From: a virus
Lineage: Duplodnaviria; Caudoviricetes
Virus record (IMG/VR): IMGVR_UViG_3300006803_000001
Location: 1 to 53,875 of that record
Strand: one strand, 5' to 3'
DNA length: 53,875 nucleotides
The notes under the pieces are model-generated. The model saw only the letters and a list, made by a program, of their open reading frames with translations. It did no database searches and had not been told where the DNA came from. A program made the translations under genes and the position numbers. Positions 24,961 through 34,994 of this stretch are shown here, in pieces. Position 1 is the first letter of the stretch. Every line of letters starts with the position of its first letter.

Positions 24961-27876
24961 TTATGTTACGATAAGAGGTCTTTTGCTTTGTGATCCGTTT
25001 GTTGCGTCGGTTGTGAAAATATTCAAATACCTTGACCCTGTCACTCCTAAAACCTTAATGCGCAAAGTTCCGCTTTTTGGGTCGTTGTCGTCCTGCGGGA
25101 ACCATTGGTATTCGGCGACTCCAGTTGTTGGGGTCGACCCCGTGAAGTATTCCGTCCCGAGTGTCTGGTCGCTGAGTGTCGACGAGCCCGATTTGACTTG
25201 CACCCTCACCCCCATGTAATTTGCAACGACCCTCTCGTCGAATAGGTATTGCAATGACAGTGTGTTTTGTTGCTGTGTGAAGTGACGAGGTCTGATTCTG
25301 ACCTCCCATTCTCCGACGTTTTTGTCAATCTGCGCAAGGGTCATTTCCATTGGCTGTTGATATGCTGTGCCGATATTGACTATTGGCTGGATTGTCGAGT
25401 ATCCCCAGTCTCCCCGAATGCTCTTCCGAAGGAATTGCATTTCGACGTCTGTATTTGCGGGGAAGGTTTCAAGATCGAGCAAGTTTTCCCCCGCGCCGAT
25501 ATCGGGGAAGAAATACGCAATTGACGCGGCATTGTGGTCTTGCACTGGCGTCCCGTATGCCCCGCGCATAAATGCTTTCATTTCAATACCCGTCGCCGTC
25601 TCTATTGCATATCCGACTTGTATGATTTCGTCGTTGATAAAGATCAGAGACTCGAGCGTTGATGTGAGATAAGCAAAGTCGTCTGAGAGAAACTCAGTTC
25701 GGCTTGCCACTTCTGCAATTTTTGATCTTTGCCAAGCGTTTGCGACTGTGAATGCAATCGCTTGTTCTCTGAGAATGACGAGCGGACTCTTGTCGAGAGC
25801 GGCGTCGAGTGTCATCTTGTATGCTTGTGGCATGACGTCCGTCAAAAGCTCATTCCATTCGATCGCGTCAACGAGCCTGTTGTTTATGTCTACCCTGTAA
25901 AGGTTTTCGGTTTCGGCACTTAGTGCCATTAGTGCAAACGCATTCCCTTCTGACAAAGGTTTCGGCATGTCAATGATATCGAGACTTGCAATTTCCCCGG
26001 GATCCGTGAGGTCTGAGAAATCGTCGGCAAAATTCAAATCGTCATCCTCGAGAGTATCTCGTATTTCGTATGATGGTGTCGGCGTGATGAAGTCGCCGTC
26101 TGGGTATCCGACGAATGATGTCGCGTAATAGTCTTCGTGCAACGTGATCTCGATTCCTTCGGGGTCTTGATTTTCGTCGTTGATTTCAATCACTCTCCAA
26201 TAAGAAGTCGTAGGTTGACCGCCTGCAAAGTCATCAATGACCAATTGCACAAAGTCGCCCGGCTCAAGATCGGCGTTGAATCTTGTCATTGTCGCCGTAA
26301 GGTTTGCCGCTGGGTATGAAGACTCGCTCAAAAGTCTTTGGACTTGTTTCTCTGCTGTCTTCCTGTTTGAGAATGCAAGGAGATTTACCTCTCGGCTGTT
26401 GATCGTTCCAGCCATTTGTATTGAAGCGTTGTCCGTCGCTGAAACAACCTCTTTCATGAAGTTCTTTTCCCTGTTGATGAACTTCGCCCTCAACTCGTTG
26501 ACAGTCCCCGCCCAAGCTGGTCGTGTGAGTTTGATGTCGACAAGCATGTCTCTCGTCAATGTGATCATGGGGTCGTATGCCGTCGTTCGGTCAGTCATTG
26601 CCCGACATGTAATCAAGGCGCCTTTTGTGAACGTGTAGAGTTGGCAATGGTCACGCATCATCTCGACCGAGTCTGCCATTGCTGTTTGACGTCCTAAAGA
26701 AAAACTGACTCCGACGTTTTGTTCTGCGAAATGGTTTGCCGCCGACTTGAATGCTGCAACGTCAATCTTTGATGCGCTGAGTCCCCTTCCCCAAGTTCGA
26801 TTTGTCATTATCTCGTATACACATGCGGCGGGGTTTGCCTCAACGTATGCAGGATGCGACGGGTTGTAACTGCCCCTTCTTGGGAATTCGGACTCGGGGA
26901 TTAAAGCAAGATTCTCGTCGATTGGTTTCGGCAACCTGTCGATCTCAAACATAATTGACCCCGGTCTCGGAGAGGATCCCATCAAATATTTCGGCATATG
27001 TGCAAAGCATATCCCTCGATGATTTGTTACGGCGCCCCCATAGCGATTGCCGGGCGACCTTTCTTGCAATTCGCTTCCGAAGTAAAGTTGCATTGCCCCT
27101 CCCTTTCTGTCGTCTCGCCTGCCCCCCGATACTTTGAAACTTGTATACCCTATTTCTTTGTCAATTGAAGTGAGGATTCCACCCCTGCCCCTAAAAAAGA
27201 AAGCCCTGTATAGATTATCCTCCTCTTCTTCGGGAATTTCGAGGGTTGCATTGATTCTGAACTCTTGATCGCCTGTAATTGCTGCAATGGTAAATGTCCC
27301 ATTATACCAAGTCGGGTCGACTCCCGCGATTTGAACCGATTGCCCAACTCTGAAAAAATGCAAGTCCGTGGTTCTGACTGTCATGTATGAGCCATTGTAA
27401 AAAGTGTAATCAAGGGAACTGATTAGATAATCCCCCTCTGATCGTTCACCTTGCCACATGACATGCTCGCCGGGGTTCGAGAGCACTTTTCGGACTTTGT
27501 CAATTTGACCGCAACAAATGCCGACGTCTTGTGTGATGTAATAGTTGTATCCTGTCGTCACCCTCTTTGATGAAAACAAGCCCGTCTTCACTTTTTGTGA
27601 AAGCGCCTGTGTAATAAATGAGTCCCTGTCCATTCGAATTACATTCGAAGGCAATCTCAACCTTCCAAAAACGATCGGGACGGGGGCGGCTTCGGTCACG
27701 CTTGATTCGTCAAGCTCGTCGGGTCTAGGCGGCTTTTGTTTCGCCTCCCCTCCAACAAGCATTTGTGTCAACGACATGAAAATTCCGCCGATTGCAAGTG
27801 CACTCATTGCCGAAAGACCCGCCCCGATTGCTGTCGCCCCTGCAAGTCCGCCAATGATAAAAGGTAATAAAAACAT
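24961..27876 (-). CDS. Tail tip / central fibre (host specificity) protein
   Basis: PVPIVFGR.R...N, GY.YY....GIC.G, ANPA..YE..TN..WGRG, LEPGD motifs; follows NlpC/P60. Confidence 0.88.
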   Translation of the reverse strand: MFLLPFIIGGLAGATAIGAGLSAMSALAIGGIFMSLTQMLVGGEAKQKPPRPDELDESSVTEAAPVPIVFGRLRLPSNVIRMDRDSFITQALSQKVKTGLFSSKRVTTGYNYYITQDVGICCGQIDKVRKVLSNPGEHVMWQGERSEGDYLISSLDYTFYNGSYMTVRTTDLHFFRVGQSVQIAGVDPTWYNGTFTIAAITGDQEFRINATLEIPEEEEDNLYRAFFFRGRGGILTSIDKEIGYTSFKVSGGRRDDRKGGAMQLYFGSELQERSPGNRYGGAVTNHRGICFAHMPKYLMGSSPRPGSIMFEIDRLPKPIDENLALIPESEFPRRGSYNPSHPAYVEANPAACVYEIMTNRTWGRGLSASKIDVAAFKSAANHFAEQNVGVSFSLGRQTAMADSVEMMRDHCQLYTFTKGALITCRAMTDRTTAYDPMITLTRDMLVDIKLTRPAWAGTVNELRAKFINREKNFMKEVVSATDNASIQMAGTINSREVNLLAFSNRKTAEKQVQRLLSESSYPAANLTATMTRFNADLEPGDFVQLVIDDFAGGQPTTSYWRVIEINDENQDPEGIEITLHEDYYATSFVGYPDGDFITPTPSYEIRDTLEDDDLNFADDFSDLTDPGEIASLDIIDMPKPLSEGNAFALMALSAETENLYRVDINNRLVDAIEWNELLTDVMPQAYKMTLDAALDKSPLVILREQAIAFTVANAWQRSKIAEVASRTEFLSDDFAYLTSTLESLIFINDEIIQVGYAIETATGIEMKAFMRGAYGTPVQDHNAASIAYFFPDIGAGENLLDLETFPANTDVEMQFLRKSIRGDWGYSTIQPIVNIGTAYQQPMEMTLAQIDKNVGEWEVRIRPRHFTQQQNTLSLQYLFDERVVANYMGVRVQVKSGSSTLSDQTLGTEYFTGSTPTTGVAEYQWFPQDDNDPKSGTLRIKVLGVTGSRYLNIFTTDATNGSQSKRPLIVT

Positions 27877-27885
27877 ATTTCTTGA

Positions 27886-28359
27886 TTAAGTTTTGCGCAA
27901 ACTTGGAATTCGAACGTCCCTCGGATTTGTCTTGTATCCGCTTTTTGTCGGCATGTAAAATTCCAATATGTATCGAGACCATTTTTGTATCGGATCGGTC
28001 GTAAATTTTTGCCCCCTCATTGTGTGTGCAATTCCTTGATTTGTGATGATTCCGATGTGGCTTGCAAACGCCCCATTCTTGAAAATTGCAATTGCTCCCT
28101 CTTGCTCTTCGACTTTTTCGACGTGTAGTATTTTTTTGATATACTCTGACGCAACGCTAAATGTCGCAAGATGTCCCTCGGTTCGTCGATAATAAGTCTT
28201 GCCGCCGATGGTGCTGTCGACGACCCCTCCCTTTTTTAATAGGTAGAATGCCCCATACAAGCAATCTATTGCTTCCGACTTGTTCCACCCTCGCCACTTC
28301 CACGGAACCCCCTCGAGCTCCTGTGCGGCTTCTGATACGGCTTTGAGATCATACTCCAT
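27886..28359 (-). CDS. NlpC/P60 tail-associated peptidase-like protein
   Basis: GVPW.W.G......DC (Cys) and SHIGI...IAH; start MEYDLK. Confidence 0.8.
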   Translation of the reverse strand: MEYDLKAVSEAAQELEGVPWKWRGWNKSEAIDCLYGAFYLLKKGGVVDSTIGGKTYYRRTEGHLATFSVASEYIKKILHVEKVEEQEGAIAIFKNGAFASHIGIITNQGIAHTMRGQKFTTDPIQKWSRYILEFYMPTKSGYKTNPRDVRIPSLRKT

Positions 28360-29230
28360 GCTTGACCGAGTCTCTTGTCGGGACTTTCCAGAAACCCCCA
28401 AAGTTTGCGGCGTTGTTGAATCTGTTTTGACAGTCTTCGGTCGTGCGCCTGCAACCCGGGAGCAATCTCACTCCGTCCCCGACCTGTAAAGCGGGCAACC
28501 AATTGTTTGTGAAGAATTTGCGTCTTGTTGTTTGGACGTCAGTTGCTTTTACAATGGAAATTTTCACGCCAGTGATGTCATGAGACATTGTTCCGTATGC
28601 CCAAAAATCAGTCGTATTCACACGCCCTTCGACTGTGACTGTCCTGTTTGTTCTGTTAATTGCAACGACTGTCGCGTCGACCTTGTATGTGTCTGAGGAT
28701 ACATTGCAACCTGTCCCGAAGAGAACGTGATTGCATGTCCTTGTCCACCAAAAGCGAGGAACACTGAAATTCTGTGCGTATGCTTCTGGCACAAGGTCGG
28801 CGGTTGCAATGTCGTCGTCGAAAGTCATGTTCGTGACGACTCCCTCGGTGATGATTTTTGTATCGACTCCCCATTGGAGCAATTGAGGATTGTCCGCATA
28901 TGAACTTAAACGTATAATTGCAATGCGGATTTCTGCGGTAATACTGCTCAAAAACAATGTGCCGAAATCGGTGTTGTTTTTGGGAACCATTACTTGCACC
29001 CCAGATTCCTCGAACTCTCTCGATTTTTTCTGTCCTGCATGTGCGACGGGAACCGATGCAAAGGTTCTAGTCCCCCCAAGCTCTTCGGCTGGCATGTTTG
29101 TGATGGTGACGTCTTCGTCCGCTCCCGTGTAAAAGACTTTTGTCCCTTTTGCTTTGTCGGTGAAAATATAGCAATACCTTGCGGTTGTTGCTGGCGAACT
29201 ATTGAACGCAATGCTTGTTTCGTCTGCCAT
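28349..29230 (-). CDS. Baseplate hub protein (DUF2163/BR0599-like, Fe-S cysteines)
   Basis: C.H.LF...C and PGC.RT..DC..RFNN..NFGGF..VP C-terminus. Confidence 0.88.
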   Translation of the reverse strand: MADETSIAFNSSPATTARYCYIFTDKAKGTKVFYTGADEDVTITNMPAEELGGTRTFASVPVAHAGQKKSREFEESGVQVMVPKNNTDFGTLFLSSITAEIRIAIIRLSSYADNPQLLQWGVDTKIITEGVVTNMTFDDDIATADLVPEAYAQNFSVPRFWWTRTCNHVLFGTGCNVSSDTYKVDATVVAINRTNRTVTVEGRVNTTDFWAYGTMSHDITGVKISIVKATDVQTTRRKFFTNNWLPALQVGDGVRLLPGCRRTTEDCQNRFNNAANFGGFWKVPTRDSVKHGV

Positions 29231-29234
29231 GATA

Positions 29235-31019
29235 TTAGTCTTCTAGGGTTCGGAACATTTTGATCGAGTAATTGAACGTCAATGTATACTCGCCCGTTTT
29301 CTTTTGTGGCTCATGGAACCACATAGAAAATACATGTTGTTTGTTCATGCCCCCCGAGAATCCATCCCATCCAACAAGAATTTGTTTAATGTTGTCGTAG
29401 TTAATTTCGCTGACGGAAAATGTTTTCGTGTAATAACTGGTAAAAGACCCCGGGACATATGTTTGCGATAAGTCCCTTGCTGTATCTGTTACATTATACG
29501 GGACGGGATTTGATCCGTTTGGAAAGCTTGGGTTTTGATAAAATCCGTTGTATATTCTTGTATCGTATCCTTGCACGTAAACCATAATCTGATTGCAATA
29601 TGACCCGCTTGTTTGGTGATCCATTTGCCCCGTGTATCTGCTGAATCCGCCCGCGTTGATGTCGGTTCCGAATATGTCGTTTGAGTAATATGTCGGTAAA
29701 AAGTGCATGCCGAATATGCCCTTATTGACAATCTCGCACAAATTGCTGTTCGTGATGACCCCTCCGTCTCCCGCTTCTGCAATACCACTCGGGATTGATA
29801 CTGTAATCGTATTGTTTGGCGCGTCAATTGCCGTGACTTCATACTCTCCGTTCCACCATGTTATCGGGTCAGCTTCTCGAATGGTTCCGCCGCTTCCCGA
29901 TCCCGCATTCAGTGCCGAGGTGATTGTGAGTGTTGTTGTTGTCGGAGTCGACGCAACTACCCATCCACCATTGTATGAGCTCGGTATCACTCCAAGGATT
30001 TCGACGTCGTCTCCTGTTGTCAATTGATGGTCGACGCTTGTCGTCAACGTGAACTCGGTCGCGGTGCTTGTAATTGATGCAATAGGTCTTTTGACCCTTT
30101 GGGCTCCCGAGATTATTACATTGCCCCCGACTTGGTAGTGATGCGAATCCCCAGCGCTTGGGGCGACTGTGATCTCTGCGGTTCCATCTCCGTTGTCGAC
30201 GATTCCTGCCGTATTGTATTCGACCGGCCAACCTGTGATGTCAAACGGGACATTGTCCGTCGGCGTGAAATCATATGTCGATGTCATTTGATATTTGAAA
30301 CCGAGTTGCTGACCCGGACCGAGAATGACGGGGTCGTCGAGAACAATTCGAGAGAATATCGGTTTGTTATAAAAGAGCCCGACGCCGAGCTCTGTGATTG
30401 TGTTGTTCTCTGTTTGCGCTGCGGTGAACAAGTATGATTGATGAAGAGTGACTCGCGGATAGTCTGTATCTGTCACGTCGACGACGTTATATTGAAAATA
30501 CTCTCCAATTGGGGGAGCCATTCGAGTTGAAGTGTATGCGACCAGTGAATCCAGCGCATCTCGTTTTGTGTTGTATACAGTGAGAGACGCGGGCGTTGTG
30601 ACTGTTTGCGATCTGTCAACTGTGACGACTGTGCCGCTGTTGACTGTGACAATTCTTGCCTCTTCGCCCGAGCCAAACTTGATCATATTGTCGACGTCGT
30701 TCCCGATGAAGTTTGCTGTCCCGCTCGATCTTGTGACTTGGTTTCCTGTTTGCGTATAAAGCGAGTTTGCTTTTGCCTCACTGTTGGGCGAGTTGCCCGT
30801 CCCGCAAAACCCGTATCGCATGAGTTGATCGAATGCGGAGCTTGCATTTGAGCTCACATAATCGTCAATCGCGGGGTTGAGTATTAGGTTTTTTTTCAAT
30901 CCAGATTCGTATGCAATTGTTCCGTCTTCATTCAATACATAGACTTGATACTTCCCGCCTCCGATTGTGGCGCTTCTCGACTGGTTTGCCTTTTCGGTCA
31001 CTTTGATTTCATTTTTCAT
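29235..31019 (-). CDS. Virion structural/adhesin protein C2 (paralog of 33270..34994)
   Basis: Shared KNLIL..GTGNSPN, TITELG, SR..LDDPV.LG.GQQL, TATEFT.TTS, WWNG and PQKK..YTL blocks. Confidence 0.75.
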   Translation of the reverse strand: MKNEIKVTEKANQSRSATIGGGKYQVYVLNEDGTIAYESGLKKNLILNPAIDDYVSSNASSAFDQLMRYGFCGTGNSPNSEAKANSLYTQTGNQVTRSSGTANFIGNDVDNMIKFGSGEEARIVTVNSGTVVTVDRSQTVTTPASLTVYNTKRDALDSLVAYTSTRMAPPIGEYFQYNVVDVTDTDYPRVTLHQSYLFTAAQTENNTITELGVGLFYNKPIFSRIVLDDPVILGPGQQLGFKYQMTSTYDFTPTDNVPFDITGWPVEYNTAGIVDNGDGTAEITVAPSAGDSHHYQVGGNVIISGAQRVKRPIASITSTATEFTLTTSVDHQLTTGDDVEILGVIPSSYNGGWVVASTPTTTTLTITSALNAGSGSGGTIREADPITWWNGEYEVTAIDAPNNTITVSIPSGIAEAGDGGVITNSNLCEIVNKGIFGMHFLPTYYSNDIFGTDINAGGFSRYTGQMDHQTSGSYCNQIMVYVQGYDTRIYNGFYQNPSFPNGSNPVPYNVTDTARDLSQTYVPGSFTSYYTKTFSVSEINYDNIKQILVGWDGFSGGMNKQHVFSMWFHEPQKKTGEYTLTFNYSIKMFRTLED

Positions 31020-32695
31020 TGTAGTATGTATGCCCCGCCTGTTTGCTCGATTGCGCCCGCGGTGATGGATGTTTCGATTTGTTGTGGTAAATTTGGCTTC
31101 GCAAAGAAGTATGTTGATGCCTCCGCTTCTATATTGCCTTGCGTCTCGTCTTGAGAAAAATAACCGATTGGAGTTGGAGTCAAAAGAACGGCGCGGTATT
31201 CTCCCCCCGTTTGACTTATAAGACCAGACGTAATATTTGTTTCGATGAAATTTCCCGCATTAACAAGGATGGACAAATATTCCCCGCTGCTCTGCTCGAT
31301 CGAGCCCGACGTTCGGTTGGTTTCTATGATGTCGGTTTTGAGCAATGCCGCTTCGTAAACGCTTGTTACTTGCTCGATAATTCCCGAGCTTCTGTCGTTG
31401 AACAAAGGAATGATCGGAGTCACGTCGGCGACCCATGTTGCGAGGTTGTGAGTGACGTCGAGTCCATTGATCAAGAGCTCTCCCGCCGAAGCTTGAATAC
31501 TTGTCAGATAAAGCGGATTCACTGGGGAATTGCAAAGGAGATATTCGGTTGCGTATTCGCCGCCCGCAAATCGGACGAAAAGCTTTGCCTCTCCTCGTTT
31601 CAGATATATGCATGCGATGTCGGATTCTCCCGCAAAGACTGATCCGTCAATTGCCCATGTATTGATCATGAGAGGAGAGAACCCGTCGAATTTGGTGATT
31701 TGCAATTGTTGTAATTGCGAGTCGAAAAATCTGATTTCGACTTGCCCGTCGGTGAGACCTGCGCACAAATGCTCCCTACCTCCAATTGTAAAAGTCCCGT
31801 GTATGTGTGCCCCCTCGGGAGCTTGCCCGACATACCAATTCGAATAAAATGGGTCGACTCCTTCTGCTGAGAGTCTGACCCCTTGCAATGGCACGATCTC
31901 AATGAGCCAATCCTTTTGATGAGGGAAGGTTTGCCCCGTGATGTATTCTTCCGGTCCTTTGACTGTCGCCGTTTCGAATGTGAGTTTCTCCGATATTGGT
32001 AGAGGAGTTTGTCTCACTTCATTGACTTGGGGCATTGAGAAGACCTCCCCGAAATCAGTTCCTTCGATGAGCTCTGTCGAATCTTTCGGGAGCGTGTGCA
32101 ACGCTTCCTCCAGTTGCAATTCGAACTCGCATGAGTTTGGCGCTTTATGTCGAACGATAAATGTGTCGTTTGACTGCTTGGCAAAAATGCAAAACCCCGC
32201 GTATGTCCCCTCTTCAATCGGAAAAGGACTTTCACTTTCTAAGAGTATACCCGTATTACCTCCGACAAGGTTTGTCGCTTCGATTACCCGCGAGACGTGC
32301 AACTCCCGATTTCTTGAGTAAAACCAAGCAACTGTCCCGAACTTGTCGAGCTTGGTCGGATCAAGGTCAACGGCGTAATCAATGCCGACTTTGATTTCCA
32401 TATATCGAGCGCCCGCGGGCGCTGCATTGGCAACAATCAAATCTTGTGTCCATGAGGGGATATAAAAAGGATTCGACTTGCCTTGATTCCTTTTGATTAT
32501 CCGCTGCATATTGCGAACGTCCGCCGAGTTGGTGATCGTCCATTTGCCGAGGAACATTCTTTTTCCTCTTCTGTCGTAAATGCCGTATTTTTTTGCTGCC
32601 CCAAGAGCGATGTCTCGACGACCATCTGAAAAGCTCGAGACGGGAGGGGTCGAGAAATCGGGTGCAATTGTAAAAGTTGGATAAAACTCAATCAT
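31016..32695 (-). CDS. Distal tail/baseplate protein B2 (paralog of 34991..36646)
   Basis: MIEFYP.FTIAPDFSTPP...NPFYIPSWTQD shared; degenerate C-terminal repeats. Confidence 0.75.
   Translation of the reverse strand: MIEFYPTFTIAPDFSTPPVSSFSDGRRDIALGAAKKYGIYDRRGKRMFLGKWTITNSADVRNMQRIIKRNQGKSNPFYIPSWTQDLIVANAAPAGARYMEIKVGIDYAVDLDPTKLDKFGTVAWFYSRNRELHVSRVIEATNLVGGNTGILLESESPFPIEEGTYAGFCIFAKQSNDTFIVRHKAPNSCEFELQLEEALHTLPKDSTELIEGTDFGEVFSMPQVNEVRQTPLPISEKLTFETATVKGPEEYITGQTFPHQKDWLIEIVPLQGVRLSAEGVDPFYSNWYVGQAPEGAHIHGTFTIGGREHLCAGLTDGQVEIRFFDSQLQQLQITKFDGFSPLMINTWAIDGSVFAGESDIACIYLKRGEAKLFVRFAGGEYATEYLLCNSPVNPLYLTSIQASAGELLINGLDVTHNLATWVADVTPIIPLFNDRSSGIIEQVTSVYEAALLKTDIIETNRTSGSIEQSSGEYLSILVNAGNFIETNITSGLISQTGGEYRAVLLTPTPIGYFSQDETQGNIEAEASTYFFAKPNLPQQIETSITAGAIEQTGGAYILQ
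32409..32422. repeat. Palindrome GCGCCCGCGGGCGC, copy 5 (inside B2)
   Basis: Exact match; encodes APAGA. Confidence 0.95.
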
Positions 32696-33267
32696 ATTTC
32701 ATTGAATGTGAGGCTCTCTGACGACGCCCTCGTTTGTGTGATTGTCCTCGCCCCATTTGTGAGAGACAGGGTTCCGACTGCCGTTGGAAAGACCCAAGCG
32801 CCAAGCGGGAAAAGGGGCGCCGTCAAATCCTCTTCAAGCACAAGTCGCCTTCTCAAGTTTTGTATGTCCGTGACTGTTCGCCATGCCCCCCCCACTTGGT
32901 AATCATAGAGGTATATCCTTGAACCGATTGCAATTTCTGTCGGGACTCCGAAATCACAATTGATCTCGCCCTCGATTGTTTGCGGTATTCTTAGCGCGAC
33001 GCCGTGTCCCCAAAGAGGCATTTTGATAGGCTTGTATGCTTGTGCAACTCTGTTGAATGAAAGCTTTTCGTTGTCAGAATCGCTTGTCGTGTCTCGTTGG
33101 AACCTGTAGGAATTTCGAACTCTCGACCTGTGACGGACTGACTGATCCCATCCGCTCAATGAGGATATGATCGCCGTCTTGTATTCGTATATACACTCGA
33201 TTCCCGCCGCCCAATTTGGCAACAAGACAAGCTCTTCGGGTTGGTCGTATGTATTAGGATATGCCAT
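32692..33267 (-). CDS. Distal tail (Dit-like) protein A2 (paralog of 36643..37221)
   Basis: YPNTYD..EEL.LLPNWA.G...YKT..I..LSG..Q.VR; start MAYPN. Confidence 0.75.
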   Translation of the reverse strand: MAYPNTYDQPEELVLLPNWAAGIECIYEYKTAIISSLSGWDQSVRHRSRVRNSYRFQRDTTSDSDNEKLSFNRVAQAYKPIKMPLWGHGVALRIPQTIEGEINCDFGVPTEIAIGSRIYLYDYQVGGAWRTVTDIQNLRRRLVLEEDLTAPLFPLGAWVFPTAVGTLSLTNGARTITQTRASSESLTFNEI

Positions 33268-33269
33268 TT

Positions 33270-34994
33270 TTACACAAGCTCCCTTCCCCAATAGTATCGA
33301 ATCTTGAGCTCAAGCGTGTATGTGTTTTTCTTCTTTTGGGGCTGATTGAAGACGCACCACACTCCGCCGAATGTATTCATGTTGTTGCCATTTTTTCTGC
33401 CGAAAAGGATTGTTTGTATTCTGTCGCTGTTGTGTTCACTTACACTCAACGTCAATGTGTATTCCCTTTGATGAGACCCCGCGACATATGTTGACGATGT
33501 CATGTTTGGCTCGTATAATGAAACCAAACCCCCGATGTTTGCTGCTACTCCAAACCCGCCGATTGAGATTGGTTTTTGCTCGTAAAACATAACGTATGGC
33601 GAAAGAGTCGCCTCTGGTCTGTGCCGCCAAGTGTCAAAGGTGCTACCTGCACCCGGTATCTCTGCGTTTATAAAGTTTCCCGTGATGGGATTGGTCAACT
33701 CTGTGCTCGTTGAAACCGACAATGCAGGCATGGTCTTGTTGTATACAGTGCACCTTGCATCATTTTTCACAACGCCTCCGTCGCCTGCATCTTCACGTCC
33801 CGAGGTTGCGTCTATGGTGACTTGATTCGTTGCAATGGCTGTGACTGTGTGCGTGCCGTTCCACCATGTGACGGGGTCTGTATCTCTCACATTGCCCCCG
33901 CTGCCCGATCCTGCATTGATAGCGGACAATACGTCAAAGGTTGTTGTTGTTGGTGTTGTGTTGACGACCCATGTTGAATTGTATCCCGATGGAGTTGTCG
34001 CCTCAATGACGATCGAATCCCCCGCGCTGAATCCGTGCGCCGCGCTTGTTGTGACTGTGAACTCAGTCGCGGTGCTTATGATTGAAGTGATTGCAATTCT
34101 TGTCCGCACTGAATTTTCGATGATTATCTCGTCCCCGATTTGGTAGTGATGATCGTCTCCGACGTCGGGGGTCATTGTGACCAATGCCGTATCGTCACCA
34201 TTGTCGACGATGCTGTCTAAGTCATATTCAATTGCCCATCCTGCGATGTTGAGGTCAACATTGGTTTGCTCTGTCCAATCGCCGACCATAGTGACTGAAT
34301 AGGTTGCGGCTAGTTGCTGCCCCGCTCCAAGGACAACGGGGTCGTCGAGTAATACCCTCGAGTATAAAACTTCCCCTGCCGTCGTTCCCGATGCGATCCC
34401 CAGTTCCGTAATCGTATTGCCTTCAACGTCTGCAATGGAAAATAGACCCGTGCTATTGTAGACGTAGACAGGACGATCGGGGTCTGTTTGATAATCGAGC
34501 GTGCCAGTGTCCCCCTCTGGGGTCTCTGTTGTTGTTGACGCGAGCCAATTGTCCAAAAACTCGCGTTGCGTGTTGAATATTTTCAATCCTTGCGCCGTCA
34601 CTGACTGACTGACGTCGACTGTCACTTGTGTCCCGCTGTCCACGCTCAAGATTTTTCCCTGTTCGCCTGTTTCAAAGCGGAAAGCTTGATTCAAATCATT
34701 TGCAACAAAGACCGAGACTCCCGAGTCCCTTGTGACGACATTGCCCGTCTGCGAATATGTTGACGGATCCAAGTCTCGGAAATTTGGAGAGTTTCCCGTT
34801 CCTGCATGTATGGTTTGAAATAAGCCGCCTCCGGCGCCTACCAAAGACTTACTTGCAATCTGATCAAGACCGCTGTCGAGTATGAGGTTTTTTTGCCTTT
34901 GCTCCTTGATGACTTTGCCGTCCTCAATCACCTTGAGGGTAAACTCTCCCGAAAATGTGGTTTTTTTTGTGAGGTTTGTTGATTCTTGATTCAT
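33270..34994 (-). CDS. Virion structural/adhesin protein C1
   Basis: KNLILDSGLD..GTGN, Thr-rich beta modules (TTSAAHGFSAGD.I.I....GYN..W.V), C-terminal YTLEL...WGR. Confidence 0.75.
   Translation of the reverse strand: MNQESTNLTKKTTFSGEFTLKVIEDGKVIKEQRQKNLILDSGLDQIASKSLVGAGGGLFQTIHAGTGNSPNFRDLDPSTYSQTGNVVTRDSGVSVFVANDLNQAFRFETGEQGKILSVDSGTQVTVDVSQSVTAQGLKIFNTQREFLDNWLASTTTETPEGDTGTLDYQTDPDRPVYVYNSTGLFSIADVEGNTITELGIASGTTAGEVLYSRVLLDDPVVLGAGQQLAATYSVTMVGDWTEQTNVDLNIAGWAIEYDLDSIVDNGDDTALVTMTPDVGDDHHYQIGDEIIIENSVRTRIAITSIISTATEFTVTTSAAHGFSAGDSIVIEATTPSGYNSTWVVNTTPTTTTFDVLSAINAGSGSGGNVRDTDPVTWWNGTHTVTAIATNQVTIDATSGREDAGDGGVVKNDARCTVYNKTMPALSVSTSTELTNPITGNFINAEIPGAGSTFDTWRHRPEATLSPYVMFYEQKPISIGGFGVAANIGGLVSLYEPNMTSSTYVAGSHQREYTLTLSVSEHNSDRIQTILFGRKNGNNMNTFGGVWCVFNQPQKKKNTYTLELKIRYYWGRELV

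Noticed and set aside
31809-31822. Partial look-alikes of the hairpin family in coding regions (also ~13467, ~31053, ~36749, ~52241)
   Set aside because: Imperfect dyads that could arise by chance; not counted as members.
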